A DNA stretch of 60,418 nucleotides, filler included, from Sluysia triapertura (taxonomy: Eukaryota): the NCBI GenBank assembly GCA_046118255.1. It is 5 parts of 5 records of this genome, joined end to end, with 100 filler letters (N's around TTAATTAATTAA, not from the genome) between each part and the next. Parts side by side here need not be neighbours in the genome. Positions count along the whole stretch, not along the records: positions 13,021 to 25,584 come from JBJNIA010098661.1; positions 25,685 to 38,194 come from JBJNIA010102434.1; 3 more parts are not named here. One strand, 5' to 3'. Below, piece by piece: positions 13,021-27,339 of this stretch. Position 1 is the first letter of the stretch. Each line of letters starts with the position of its first letter. The notes under the pieces were generated by a model. That model was not told where the DNA came from. It made no database searches and was given only the letters and a program-made list of their open reading frames with translations. The translations under genes and the position numbers were made by a program.

Positions 13021-15139
13021 ATCTACTTTTTCGAAACTTATTTTATGGAAATTAACGACTTTAAATGATTCTTTTTATGAAAGTTGATAATTTTATAAGA
13101 TTGTTATGACAACTTAACAATATTATGAAAACATAAATCTCAAAAAGCCTTAAATTATAAATAATAATATAAAAGTAGTACAAATGATAACACAATTGAA
13201 ATAACTTGATTGTTTAAAAATGTATAATTACTTTCAACCCTTTGCCTGTTCACGAATCTTATAATTTTGAGATAATCACAAGTTTGAGATTGTATAATTC
13301 TCAAATTATAAAAATTATGATTCCTTAAATTCTTAAAATTATAAAAATTTTAACTCGGTAGGCACTTTATTATTTTGAACGTCTCAAAAAGGTATTTAAT
13401 ATATGTTAGTGCAAGACATTTAAAGTACATACGTCAACACACGTTGGTTAAATAAATGCCAGGTGATAAAAATTGTTTATTTTTAGCTGTGATTTAAAAA
13501 TAGCTACTTCGAAACAAATGCGCATTTCTATGAATTCTTTTATTGTTTTAACTGAATACTTGAATACTTGAAATAATTTTGAATAACTTAATTTGTTACT
13601 TTACAAAATTGCCTTACACCGATAAAGGATTAATTAAATTAAATTTAACAGTAATAATAAGGCCATTTTAGTTTGATAATAAAATGAAATATCAACATAA
13701 TTCTATATTCAATTAAATTTTTTTAGTGGACATAGACATTTCGGAGCAAAATAAAATCGTTAATACATTTTTCATCGCAAAAGTTAGCAAATACAACACA
13801 TTCTATTTAATTAATTATTTTTAAGTTGTTTTTCATCTAATACAAATATCTTTATACTTATTTTTATTGGTTTAATTATTTCAGATTATTTTTAAATATT
13901 TCTAGGAATTAAATAAAATTTTGAATGTTGAAAAATATGTACTGATACACAACTACTCAACAAACAAAATAAACAAGTCATGCATTCTTTTGATCGTACT
14001 ATTAAATAACTTCTAAGTAATTTAACTTGTTATTTAAATTTAGCCCATAAATTTTCGATTGGATTTGGGTCTATCATACTAAAGGGCAAAATGTGTTCTC
14101 TGTTTAAGTATAGCATGGAGCTCGACCTTGTTGCAAAATTATATTCTTACCAGTTGATAATAATAGTATTTCGAAGCATTTAAACCTAATTTGTCCTATT
14201 CGCATGACTAACGTGGTGTAAACAATTACTATCATGCCTAAAGGAGAAAATTATATCACTTAAAATAACATCGCACACAATTTAAAATACCTTAGTAATC
14301 TAAATAGCTTAAAAGCCTAAAATTAAGGAAGAAATATCTCGAAAAATGCACTTAATTTACAAGTAAATATATGAAAACAAATGTAGAATGTAGCGAAACT
14401 TGAAGTTGAACTTACCACACTTAAATAGCAGACAGACAAGAAATACATGTGACTTCATTAAAATAAAAATGAAAGTATAAATACAAGCAAGCGCAACAAA
14501 TACAAATACGTAACCTCTAAATAAATGTTCATTAAAATAAAATATAAGTCTAATCCAATTTTATAAAAAATCGGCCATATAATCACGAAAATACGTATAT
14601 TTGTGATTTTAACTATACAATGAAATTGGCCAAATAATTGAAATTAATTATAGAAAAATTATTACAGAATGGAATTCCAAAAATTAAACCAATAGAAAAT
14701 ATTATGTAAAGTAGGTTTTTTTTTCCTGATACGAACACAATGTTGCTTGAACAATATTGGACAGATCCACATTATTAGTTACAATATTATTTAGATTGAG
14801 TAACTATAACGCCAGTAATATTAATTCGATTACTTATAATTATTTGTGAAGTTTTATTTGGTTGAAATTAAGCAAAATAAAATTAAAAAATTCCAATATA
14901 TCGAACTACGTTTCATACTGAATTTATTAATAACTTTAGTGATTAAGTGTTTAATTTATTAGTCGTATATGGATACTTTAAGTTTAACTTAATTTTAATA
15001 CTAAGATTTGCATTTCTATAACTACCATCAGAAACGACACAGACACTAATTTGATTGACAGAATAAACGTTACATGAAAGTTATGAAATGAAAAATAATC
15101 ATCGTATCTAAATTAAGATATTTATTTAAACTTATTTAA

Positions 15140-15434
15140 CTCGTTCGCTACCAGCCGGCACATGTGTGCCATTGTAATTCGTTACCAGAGACCAGCGGCA
15201 CATATATGTGCCAGTTATTTTTTGCTAATTTAAGTAGGCATGTTAGGTTCTGTTGCTTTTTGCATGCTTTTGTTAAGTTTAAAAACGATAATATTTGTCA
15301 AAAAAGTATATGGTCTGAATATTCGTAGACAGTTTTAAATATATATAAGTAATTTCAATTAGTGTTGTATTATCCTCAAAAACGTTCTGGTCTGTGGGGT
15401 AGGTTTTTCAAATTATACCCTGGTAGCGAACGAG
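15140..15434. mobile_element. piggyBac-type MITE (295 bp)
   Basis: Perfect 15-bp TIRs CTCGTTCGCTACCAG / CTGGTAGCGAACGAG flanked by TTAA on both sides. An internal ccagc..ggcacat..tgtgcca motif is duplicated. Confidence 0.92.
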
Positions 15435-17287
15435 TTAAGATAATGGAAATTACCAAATAATATTACTCAAATACTACAGCCATGACTATTTTTAAAAATT
15501 ATTTGCTTATATTATTTAATATAACCATATAATATCAAGCCGAAAAACCGTCATCTGACGATGTATTAGAAATACTCGATGAATAAATTGGTTTTTATTT
15601 CTGTCTTAAAACGATTTAATTTAAAGTTTTGTGTTTAAGTAATAGTGTAACTATCCCAATAAAAAACGAAATTTAAAAAATTTTGGTTATATTATTTAAT
15701 ACTATTATTCAATAATAACATTATTCGATAATCTCTGTTAAAGAAATAAAAATAAAGTAATAAATTAATTTTTATTCTGTTTTTGTTCTGATTTGAATGA
15801 AATACCTACTAAAAACATCATTCAAGCACATTTTAAAGTATATCTAAACTTGAAAACTGATTTTTCAGGTTTATTGACAGTAAATACATATGAAAATCTA
15901 ATATCATTAATAAACATTGGCTGACGATTTTTCGTCCTGATCTTTGTATTAAGTTTCTTAGTAGATTTTTAGAGAAACTCAAAACTTTTGATTGTTTCAT
16001 TTGGTGTCTATCTTGATACTATAATTACAAAAAGTGATTGTAATGCCTATTTGTCGGGTTTAAAAACATATTTAAATTAGATTTTTATCTTAACTTCGCA
16101 AATTAACAACTCTAGTGTTGTGTTTATTAAGTTTTAAAAACTCGAAATGCAAATTTGGAAATAAATATTTTTTCAACTACTGTTTGGTTCTTTCATTATT
16201 AATAAGTAATATTAATATTTCTTAATATTTCTGAAGCATAACAAACCGTTTTTCGAGATACTTCTATTTTTCAACAATTTAACATTTTGTGTAAGATTGT
16301 TTTATAGTTTTTAAACACAAACAGTATATATCCAAACAGTTATCTTATTATCACTGAGTATATTATATGCATTACTGTTTTAACTACTTGAACACCTGAG
16401 TTGAATCTGAATAAATATGCTTAAGTATACTCGGGTAACCAATCATTATCCAGAAATTACAGAAACCAAAAAAATTCTAAGGGAACGTTTTGCATGTTAT
16501 TTTCATAAAGATAAAAAGATTATACTGTAATATAGAAATTATTATGCAGAATATAACTTGGTTTAATCGTTACAAAAAGTTAATTTTATCTTAAAACATT
16601 ACATTTCATAATTTAAATAAAATTGTTTTTCAAACAATTTTTTAGAAAAATCTGACTTTGAAGTGGTTAAATACAGTCTTTGTGGATTTTGAATTTTTAC
16701 ATCTAATAGATTTGTAAGAACAAAGCAATGAAATTTTTATTTAATTTTTTTGAATTTTTGAAAAAACTGAAATTAACTTTATTTTTCTACAAATTGTAAT
16801 TCTAATTTTTTCAATTTAAAACTTCAATTTTGAATATTCTATTGAAAATTACGTTAAGAGTTTATTTAAAGAATATTTTAAAAAGTAAAATTTTAATTCC
16901 AAATTCATAAAAACTGTGCTTTACTAATTTTATTGCCTTGAATTTATTGTGATTATTATATTATAATAATCAAGATTTCCTAGGTCACATTTTGTTTGAT
17001 TATACTATAATTGAACTTTGAACTAATTGAATAATTTATTTTAAATACTGTCAACGCGAAAATTGACTATATTTTTGCATAAGCGTTTTATTTTGATAAG
17101 AATTATTCATTTTAAATATACAATTTCAATTTAGCTGAACATATGCTTACAATTCACTATATAAAACTTGACTTTTCAATATTTCTGGTTAGATTTTAAC
17201 GGATAAAAGTTAAATGAAAAATATATTCTATTGTATTTATGTTTAATTTGTAGAGATTTTTAATATTAAAATATAAACAAAACTGAC

Positions 17288-17665
17288 CTCTTCATCCTTT
17301 AAATTTCTACGTCCATTTTCATAAGTTTTTCCAACTTTATTTCGACTATGTGCAGAGATATTACTAGAATTTGGTGAAATTGTTCGTGGTGATACATCAT
17401 CTGTTAAAGTAACATTACTCAATTCACCGACTGGTTCTTGTTTTACTACATTAATATCTGTTCCAAAATGTGTAGTACTTTGAGGTTCTTCTTTAAATTC
17501 ATCATTTCCACCTACGCAATCATCATCATTTACTGACGCATTCGTTTGATCGTCAGGTAAATTTTTGCGAATATTCTTTAAAGCTTGTTCTAAACTTTTA
17601 ATACTTTCCGGATTTAATGATAATATCCAGTTCCGCAGTTCTTGTTCACTGAATGTTTTATTCAT
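17288..17665 (-). CDS. First coding exon of an unidentified gene, possibly a divergent paired-domain/HTH protein
   Basis: ATG-initiated open frame of 126 codons ending at a GAG|gtcag donor. Contains VKQEP (SUMO consensus) and ends HSRNKVGKTYENGRRNLKDEE, resembling the paired-box start NQLGGVFVNGRPL. Later exons not found. Confidence 0.6.
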
Positions 17666-17859
17666 TTTACAGCTGATCGAAAGATAATACTGTTATTTAC
17701 AAATAGATTTGAACTTTCATTACATTGGAATTTGTATTTAATAACAAATATCGATCGCTATATTGTTCCCAATAGATAAATAAAATATAATTTATATATA
17801 TTGACTTGCAATCAGCGTTAAAATACCAGATTACAATATTAACGGCTACTTGTATATTG

Positions 17860-18260
17860 TTTAAAACGTCGTCTAAAGTAAATTACAATACACACTGACA
17901 GACGTTTACTAATTAATTCATATACTAACAGCTGTTTAATAACAACACGTCATTTTCACTATGTATAAAGCACACATGAATCTTTATTCATAGCTGACGT
18001 CATTCTTTATTTGTATGTAGTCAGTACAGTATTATTCATTAATGACTTAGAAATAATTACGAATCATTTAAGGCACACAGACACTACTACATGCATATTG
18101 GCATTTTGATTAATCATTTTGATAATAATTGGTTGATTACTGAAGTGGTATTTATAAGTTAAGGAAAACAAATTTTCAGGCAGTATTACTCATACAACAT
18201 AGCCAAGGTGTGTATACTGACTGAGTGCAGACAAAACTTACATACAAACAGCTATAAATA
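17860..18260. promoter_or_regulatory. Putative upstream regulatory cluster
   Basis: CRE TGACGTCA (17995-18002), E-box CAGCTG (~17929), TGACAG (~17896) and TGATTAAT lie just upstream of the 17665 ATG. Motif matches only. Confidence 0.25.
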
Positions 18261-18954
18261 CAAATGTATACAAATAGATTATACACTTGCTGATTCATTT
18301 TTATTGTACAATGTATATTGTGTCATGTCTGTGTTAGGAGAGAAAATATTGATTTTTGTATCCCATTTTAACCTGAAATTGTCGTTGGCATTTAAAATTG
18401 AGGTTAAACACAGATAATAATATTTATGCACTTTTAAAATTGATAACTATATACTTATAAGTTCACTTTATTAACTGTTTAAAGTCAATTCTATTTTGTA
18501 AGTTTGTATGCGTACATCAACATTGAATAAATGATTCATAATAGTTAATTTCTCGTACACTATTAGAATTTATATAAACTTATTGTTGATTTAGTCAAAT
18601 TTATATCAATTAAATAATAGACCCACTAAAATATAACACGACATGTTTTTGGTTATTTGAAATAACAAGTAGTGGTTAATCTGTGACTATATTTACAATT
18701 ATAATAATAATAGTTATCGAAAATTTCAAAACAAAAATAACAAACACATTTCCCTATAATTTATTTTTAAAATTAAACATTTCAAATGCTTAATCACATT
18801 ACTATAAAATACATTTATATATATATATATAAAGTTTTCAAAAAATTTAAATTAAATGAATAAAAAGAAAGCACAATTGTTAAATATATGTATAGAATAA
18901 TAATTTCTCAATTTTTTAATTAGTAAAGTACAAAAAATTGTTATTTCGTTTTAT

Positions 18955-21900
18955 TTAATTTGTTATCTTCAATTTTTTCTGTATTGACTTTTCATTGGCT
19001 AATGCTAATCGTCGAATATTTGCTATACAATTGGCAGCTGCTTCTTGTAATTGTTCATCCTGTTAGCAAAATAAAATACATTAAAAGTTATGTTTGATAA
19101 ATATATCAGTAGTTTATTTATAAAGCGGCAATATAATATTAAATATTTAAGTTACCTACAAATATCAGTAGATAAAATAAATTTAAAATATTTGTTAAAT
19201 GAATGTATATAAGTTAGAATTTATGTAGGAACAAATTGAAAATAAATGATAGATTAAGCACTGTTTGTTTTAAAAAAATATTTTTAATGTCAGAAATATT
19301 GTAAAGAATGAAGTATTTTAAAGCGCTTTTGGTTATTTATCACAATAATATTCGAAAGACTATTAAATTATACGTAATTGTGTAGTACATGTGAGAAAAT
19401 TTCTCTAGACCACCGTGAGAATTTTCAAGTTTTCTAATGAGGTAATTGCGCTGTGGCAAAATTGTGCGTTCTAATTGGTCACTTACTAAAATTGAAATGA
19501 TTCGTTATAAAATTTAGTAGATTGTTAAATTTGTAAGTTAAAGATCCTTTGCTTAATAATTTTCGATATAGATTTATTTGTTATTTGATAATTTTTTTGT
19601 TTCACCTTTTTATTTGTACGTATTTGTTTTACATAAATATTATTAAAATTATTGTACTTTTCCAAAATTAAAAATAAAATAAAAACACTGAAATGCATTT
19701 TACACAAAATAAAATAAAATTATGAATAAACAAAAATTATTCTGTCTCTTTCCGTAATTCAAATTAAAGTGATAAAAATTTCATTTTAATCAATTAAATT
19801 ACTGTGTAAGCAGTAAAATAAATTTTGATTTCTTTTTAAAGATCGCAATCAAGATTCAAAGAACATCTTTTATTTAATATATACAAACTATGAATATTTT
19901 TCAAACTTGTAATTTCCGTGACATGGATTATAAAACAATTTATCAAATACATACACGCACTATTAAAAACATAAATTGAACGAATCCAATTCGTGTATGT
20001 GTGCACATAATTAAATAAAAATGTTAATTTATGCAAATTGACCTTTAAAAATCGGAATATATTTGATTTAAATCGATTGGGAAAAACGCATATGTAATAA
20101 TTAATTTTAGTACAGAAAACAATGAAATAGAATCATGCTTTATGGTTTTATTGAAAGCATCAAAATTACAAGAAAATTGATATTTTTACTTGGTGTCTAT
20201 TTGAAAATTCAATGTTACAAATGTACAAATTTAAAAATGCATTAATTAATTTGAAAAATGTAAAAACTCAAAAACCTAAACGTGGATTTATAACTTTTCG
20301 TTATGGCGATATTTAAGATGAATAATAATTACTAATACTATTACTGGTCATCCTGAATCAAATTAACCGAATATTTTAGTATAACATCTGATTATGGTAA
20401 AAAAATCAAGACAAAGTCGATGGAAGTATGATTCGATTCAAAATGATCCAGAATCAAAAAATAAGCACAAAAAAACAAGAAATTGGTTAAGAAATCAATG
20501 ATATATACATTAAACAAACAAGGAGCAGTATGATGAAATAAAGTCAAAAATAAAAGGAGCGTGTTTCAGAGTTGTGTTTATAGAACATCAAAGCAAAGAA
20601 AAGTGCAAATAAATTTTATAAAAAAAGCTCAAAAATTTCAATAAGTAAATATTACTTCAGATCCAACCAAACCCAGCAATAACTTAACCACCCCATGTTC
20701 ATGCATGGTGACACAATTTTCTGGCTGTTTACTGAGTTGATGTAATGCTTTGGCAGTTGAACGGTGAACATTTTTGTCAGAAGATTTCAAATAACGTACC
20801 AATGGAGCTACTGCTCCAGTTTTACCGAAATCTAAACGATTAGTACCCCAATTACAACAACGTGCAATAGCTTCTGATAATTGAGATCGTAGATTGTCAT
20901 CAGTCTGTAATGAAATGTGAATTATTTTATATAGCTAACGTCATTAATTTTTAAGCCAATCACATTTTCTCATTTAGTAATTAATATAAATACACACACA
21001 TGTATATAAATTGAAATTTTTATTATAATTAAATTGTTTCTTTGTTAAAATGTACGAAATATTTGGCACGAAAACAAATTATACTTCAATTACAGTTTTT
21101 GCATCGTTTTTAAATGTCCCTGATGACATTTATAGGGCCCGAGATGAGTTTAGTTTTATTTTAGAGAAAAACGTGATATTCATAATTATTGCTGAAACGT
21201 ATCCAAATTATGCAGAATCGTTGATTAATGAAGTCGACAAGTGTAGACGAGCGTTTCCGTGCTTATGCATCCACACCCGCGAGTATCGATGTGTGTAAAG
21301 ACGATCGAGCCTTTACTATGCATATGTTTAAAAAGTCATGACTGATAAATAGGCCCGGATTTACATTTGTTGCCTAGGACCCGCTTTAGTATTAGTCCGC
21401 TTCTGTATGCTAATATCCATTCATTTTCTACTGAATTTAGATTGCAGCATCGCAGAGGATTCTTTCAGCTAATTTAGATAAACATAGATATCACTGACAA
21501 TTAAGTGTATTCTAGACTACATTTCAGACCATTATATTTTCACAGCATTTCTGACGTTTTGGGTAATGAATATCTTCGATAAACTATTTTCCCTGTTACT
21601 TGGATGTTGTTACGTTTCATGTTTAATATGAACGATCCATACCTCTCTTTCGGCTTTTCTTCGTTTCTTTGAATGTGCAACTTTTATTTTCCAACAAATG
21701 CATCATAAATTTCACTTTCTTTCCTCAATACTTGTTGTTTTTATTCACAATTTCGAATCAATGTATTACATAAAATAAGCGTTTCGATTCAAAAACATTG
21801 TACATTTATTTCTTTTTCTATTTTTCTAGAAACAATTTTGCGACCCCACGACGCTGCGCCCCGGGACACCTGTCCCTCACTGTACCCCTTTAAACAGTTG

Positions 21901-24288
21901 CAGCCAACGACTTTATCATGTTCGTTACAGGCGTCTACCTTATCAGTTTTCGATAAGATGTTGTACTAACTTTTAGCACTTAAAAAATCCAATGTCATTT
22001 AAAGTCATTTCATAAGAAAAAGATTTTCTTCTCAAGCTTTAGTAGCAAACATGTTAAAAGCTTATTTAGGGAAAAATTTGGAGATAATACATTAAAAATG
22101 AAAATTATGTAAAGCAAAAATCTGAAATTATAACTTTATCAAATGCAATTGATGATGAAGTGTTGATGAAATGATGAAAGAAAACCCTTTAGATGAAAAT
22201 GATTGGATGATAAGTAAATACGAAGCTCAGTAACTAATATTTTACTTAATTCGCAAAGGATGGAAATTCGTTACTTATACATGATCCCGAACATAGATTG
22301 TACATTAAAATTTCAATGTAATACTTATTTTAATTGCCTCTTATCTTACAGGGTTTTTTAAAAATTTGAAACATATTCCCAAATTTTATATTGTGTAATT
22401 TTCTTGATAACGCATTTAGGTATACTTTACTTTTGAATATTAAAACAAATTGATACAAAATATATTAAATATTATTAAAACACAAATTAACGTTTTATAA
22501 AACTTAAGAATGTCAAATGTACGAAAATTTTTACGAAAACAGCTTTGAGTGTCATGCAGGGGAATATAGGGCTTTGAGCAATCCCAGCAAAACACAATTC
22601 GGAGCCATTTCATACAAGAATATAGAAATTTAATGTGAGTTAAAAAATATAGTAAAAAAAGCAAAAAATCAAAATTACACAATAATGAACTGCGTAAAAA
22701 AATTATTTATTTAAAAAATAATACAATAGTTATTTATTTACAAGCGATACAACATATGGAATAACCTAACGAGTGCATTTGAAGTTTGAGTGTCGAAGAA
22801 GCGAGATCTTTGAAAAGTTATGCTATTCCTGTTGCATATGTGTGACATACAAGATTTTTTGTAATGCTATTTGTCAAAAATTCAATAACATAGTTAATTA
22901 AATTAATTTTTTTTGAAAATCAGTTTACAATATTAGAATAATTAGCGCGTTGTGACCGTCATTTAGTATTATTTAAAAAAATTTATTGCTTACTAAAAAA
23001 TCGATGTCTCATGAAAAATGATCGATTTTAATTTATAAAATCTAAAAAATATTTTATTTTTACATCGGCACCCCTCAAAATTTGGCGCCCGGCTTGCGCA
23101 TTCCCTTATCTGGTGTTGGTGCCATGACAATGACTACTTTTCTAAATATTAACCCACTATTGTCGACAATCGAGCTTTCTTTTATTATTATATTCTTCTT
23201 TAAACATCGATTTATTGGCTGTTTCTGAGGAAATCGAATGATTCGACCACAAACATATATAACACAAAAAATATTGACTTTAATTTAATACAGTACAATG
23301 AACATTACGAATGATGTTTATAATGAATTCATTTAAATATTTATCAATTCCATTTATTAAATTGTAATTAGTAATAAGATAATGATTTTAGAACTTGATT
23401 TCTTTTATTTTCTATTTCTAAATAAATTATCTACTTTAAGTAGTTAAAAAAATAACTATTATTATTAAATTTACAAACCGTTGTAGTTAATTTAGATAAT
23501 AATGGAACAACACCATGATCAGTAATAACTGCTAAATTTTCTTCATCTGCAGCAATTTTAGCAATAGCAGCACAAACACCACTTAATACTTCAATATATT
23601 CAGATCTTAAAAGGCTGACAATTAATTCTAATCCACCAACAAACGATCGAACCATTTCACCAGCATCCTGGAAATTAATATAAAATATATTTATACTATT
23701 TACTATTTTAAGTAAATAAAATCATTTGTAAATTGTTTTTAATAATCATAATAATAATAACTTTCGAATTTCCTATACAAGGACAAAGAGCCCAAGCTGC
23801 ATTTGTTTGTACTTCTGGATTTGTATTTTTCAATAAAGACCATAATAATCTAACGCCATCTTGTTTTTCAATAATAGATAAACATTCTGCTTCTTCAGCA
23901 CATCTACCAACTGCACTCGTTGTGTTAACTAACAAGGCCTGATTGGTACCAGTTAATAAACTGACCAATGGACTAATACCACCAGATTTCTTTATAACTA
24001 ATCTATTAGGAGGACTTTTAGCCATTTCACCAAGTGCTCCAACAACATTTATTTGAACCTGTAGTGAAATTATTTCATTAATATAAAACTTTTATGAAAT
24101 ATTATAATAATAACAATAAGGTAAACAAAATATAACAATGAAAAGTAAACATAAATTTTATATAAACAACTTTTTCTAATTTAAGAACCAAATGAATCTT
24201 TGGAGATGAAGAATCAACGTAAAGATACTTTTTCATCTGTCAAAAATATTAAATTACTATTAAGAACAATACTTTAATAATGATAATA

Positions 24289-24327
<39 letters not shown>

Positions 24328-25154
24328 GTTAAAATTGCTATTTCCTGTTTCAGTAAGCACATTTTCTCTATGAGCTTTATTTTTAATTATACTTATTATA
24401 TCGACATATCACAGTAATTTTATTTTAATGTTCTTTCAATTTAAAATTATACCCACGATAACTAATACATTATATTGATATATTCAAGAAATGATTAATT
24501 GTAATAATTTTTACTACTTACATTTAGCAGTAACTAATTTTAAAATAAAAACTTACTTCTTCAGGTTGATCATTTAATATTCCAACTAATTTTTCAATAA
24601 CTTGTAATTTTTGAAAAATTTCCACATTTTCAGGCGATATAGCACATTTCCAAATAGCACCAGTTGAAGCTGCTAATAATTCTTTATTACTTGTATCTTT
24701 TAGTAATTCTACCAATGGTTTTAAACCACCATGAAATCGAACTAAATCACGAATTTCTTTTTCTTCGGCACATTTGAAAATGGTTGCTGCACAATGCATT
24801 TGTAATTCTTTATTATCACTATTCAAATACTTAACCAAATCTTCTATCATACCTTCAGTTCGTATGGCAATACGATAACTTTTCTAAGTATAGAAATATA
24901 AATAATAATAATTGAACAAAAACCCACTTCTGATGCACATTCTTGTAAAGTACCAACAATTGGTATCAGCATATTTTGCATATTGGGATGATTAAGCTTC
25001 AATAACTTTGTTAACAAAGAAATAATACCGGATCTTTTCATTGCTTCTTTGTTTTTGCTTGATTTACTGCAAGACCATAGTGCCAATGCAACACAGCGAG
25101 CTACCTCAATATCTCTGGCAATTTCACTGTCAGTACTTCGCATATTTGGATTTC
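18955..25154 (-). CDS. ODAD2: Outer dynein arm docking complex subunit 2 (armadillo repeat protein ARMC4), 3' half
   Basis: Exons 25154-24928, 24883-24557, 24058-23762, 23667-23479, 20904-20656 and 19059-18955 with GT-AG borders. Diagnostic peptides: [63 protein letters not shown], and C-terminal [21 protein letters not shown]. Confidence 0.95.
21050..21900. mobile_element. Degraded hAT-like transposon remnant in an ARMC4 intron
   Basis: ETYPNYA...CRRAFPCL weakly resembles the hAT dimerisation domain. GC-rich hAT-MITE-type ends at ~21350 (aggcccggattt) and ~21850 (gcgccccgggaca..tgtccc). A similar end lies at ~23060-23110. Confidence 0.4.
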
Positions 25155-25295
25155 CTGTTAATATAATAATAATAATTGTTTCAGGACATAAAGTTCCGTT
25201 TTTCTTATTATATTGACAACCTTGATGTGTGTGGGTAAACATAAGCATGTATGTAGATAAACAATTAATTTACTCAATGTTTTTATAATCTAAAA

Positions 25296-25560
25296 GCAGG
25301 CATGCACAAACTTTTTAAGTTGCGCCCCCATTTCAACATATTTATTTTTGGCGACCCCAACTTAATAAAAAATCGTAACGTCACTATAACAAAAAAAACT
25401 TCATAAATAAAATAAACACCTTTTTAATAACAAAAATGTATTTTTCTATTTCTTATAAATTAAATAAATTAAATATTATGAACAACAACAGTTCTAATTC
25501 TTTAGCTAAAATAAAGAAAAATTAACAAAATTAAATTTTAATTCTTTATATCAAAAATGC
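25296..25560 (+). mobile_element. hAT-like MITE fragment, copy 1
   Basis: About 250 bp, closely similar to 27745-27950(-) (ccccatttcaacatatttatttttggcg..ccccaacttaataaaaa..). Confidence 0.7.
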
Positions 25561-25584
25561 AATATTATGTCTGTTAATATATTT

Positions 25585-25684
25585 NNNNNNNNNNNNNNNN
25601 NNNNNNNNNNNNNNNNNNNNNNNNNNNNTTAATTAATTAANNNNNNNNNNNNNNNNNNNNNNNNNNNNNNNNNNNNNNNNNNNN
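25585..25684. other. Artificial contig linker
   Basis: N run with TTAATTAATTAA. Confidence 0.98.
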
Positions 25685-25753
<69 letters not shown>

Positions 25754-26230
25754 TAAAATAAAAACAGAAAAATAATACTTTTATTAATGTTTTATATTTA
25801 ACATGATCTTTTCTTTTAATGTAATGAAATATTTTTACATAAAAATAAATGAATTTAAATAAAGTGAAATTTGTTGACTTAGAATGCAAAACCGATTAAA
25901 AGGTGTAAATTGTGATTCTAATGTTATGAGATAATGAATAAAAAATGTTTTAAATGAACTTTTAAATATACGTTGTTGGTTTTGAATGAAAGTAAAGTTT
26001 GGATGTTGAAAGATTGTAAATTTAAAATGTTTTGAAATATGTAAAATAGTTTTAATGGATCTAAAAAATAAAATATGAAAAAGGTTTTGATAATTTTTGA
26101 AAAGGTAACAAGTTAGTTAAGGTATTAAAAGAAATGAATGCAAGATGTATGTAAAAAGGCGTAATATGTAACTAAAGATACTAATAAAAAATTCCGTTTT
26201 AATTATAATGATGTTTGAAAGTCATTTTTG
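25685..26230 (-). repeat. Family D leader (AT-rich conserved block next to (ATA)n)
   Basis: ttgtgattctaatgttatgagataatgaataaa...ttttaatggatctaaaaaa block is shared with ~30360-30560 and ~37095-37280. Confidence 0.8.
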
Positions 26231-26599
26231 TTGGTGCGTTAAATATGATTTTATTTTTATGTTAAAATTAAATTTTTGAAGCAACAAAAAGATATACATT
26301 TTTGGCATTTATTTTTTAAATTAAAAATGAAAAGTGACAAATAACAATTACATAAAACTTTATTTATTATGTAGATAAAAGTTAAATATACTGTCCTGAA
26401 TGATGTGACACGAAAATTTCCTGTTCCGTTATCTGAAGAAAATATAAAAGTTATAATACTATTGTTAGCAGTGTACAATTTATCTACTTTAAGTTTATTG
26501 ATATTCGTCTCGTTAATGCTCGCGTTCAGGTTAGAAATTACAAGGGATCTTAATATATTCCCGATTCGATGAAGTAGATTGGTATCCTGTAAAGAATTA

Positions 26600-27339
26600 G
26601 TGAATGAATTCGTCAGTTCTTCTATAGCATGGGCATATATACAGTTGCTTCCTTATTTGACACAATTTCCGTGTTTGTCGGTGTTAGATAGGAACGTTGC
26701 TCTTTTGATGTCTTTACCAAGATCCATATTAGTCCAATGAGTTTGGCATAGATTGTACTGGAATGCATCACCTTTGTAATCTTTAAGTTTGTAAACATCA
26801 TCATTATATTTATCAAATTCATTATGATCATTTTTATAGTTTTTAGCTTTATAATCAAAAAGTTTATAATCGTTGATTTCGTAATCATTAATCTTATGAT
26901 TGTTAAGTTCGTAATAATTTATTTTATAAACATCAAATTCGTATTCAACATTTGTATAATCGTCAAATTGGTAATAAATACTCTTATTGTCATTAGGTTC
27001 ATAAACAACTTTTGTATAATCGTCAGATTCGCTATCAACATCTTTAATCACCTCATCAAGAGTAAATAATATAAAAAACTCATTCGTATTTTGAATACAT
27101 AATTTAAAACCTCTAACAGTAGAATTATCTTTAACATACAAGTCTATATTTGGTGGCGTATGTACTTTCAGAATAATACGCTTAATTTTTGTACAACAGT
27201 TCAATTTATTTAATGAATGAAGAGTACGATTAAATAAAAGCGTTATCGTTAACAATCTCAATTCCGGCATTGTATGAACTAAGCTATAATTACACTTGTA
27301 ACTAACAACACCATTCTGATCATTGATCTCAGATCGCAC
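26600..27339 (-). pseudogene. Intronless ORF: 'TPPN' segment, Asp/Tyr pentapeptide repeats and a degenerate C-terminal CCCH finger
   Basis: 228-codon ORF. Read through its stop it gives IKRATFLSNTDKHGNCVK*GSNCIYAHAIEEL, a Tis11-like finger with the first Cys lost. Confidence 0.65.

Noticed and set aside
23733-23942. Plus-strand ORF (also 26824-27069, 31159-31425, 35073-35255, 56183-56365)
   Set aside because: Antisense shadows of real or decayed coding frames.
25629-25889. Poly-Leu ORF (also the X-containing ORF at 38239-38460)
   Set aside because: Artefact of the microsatellite and/or the N linker.
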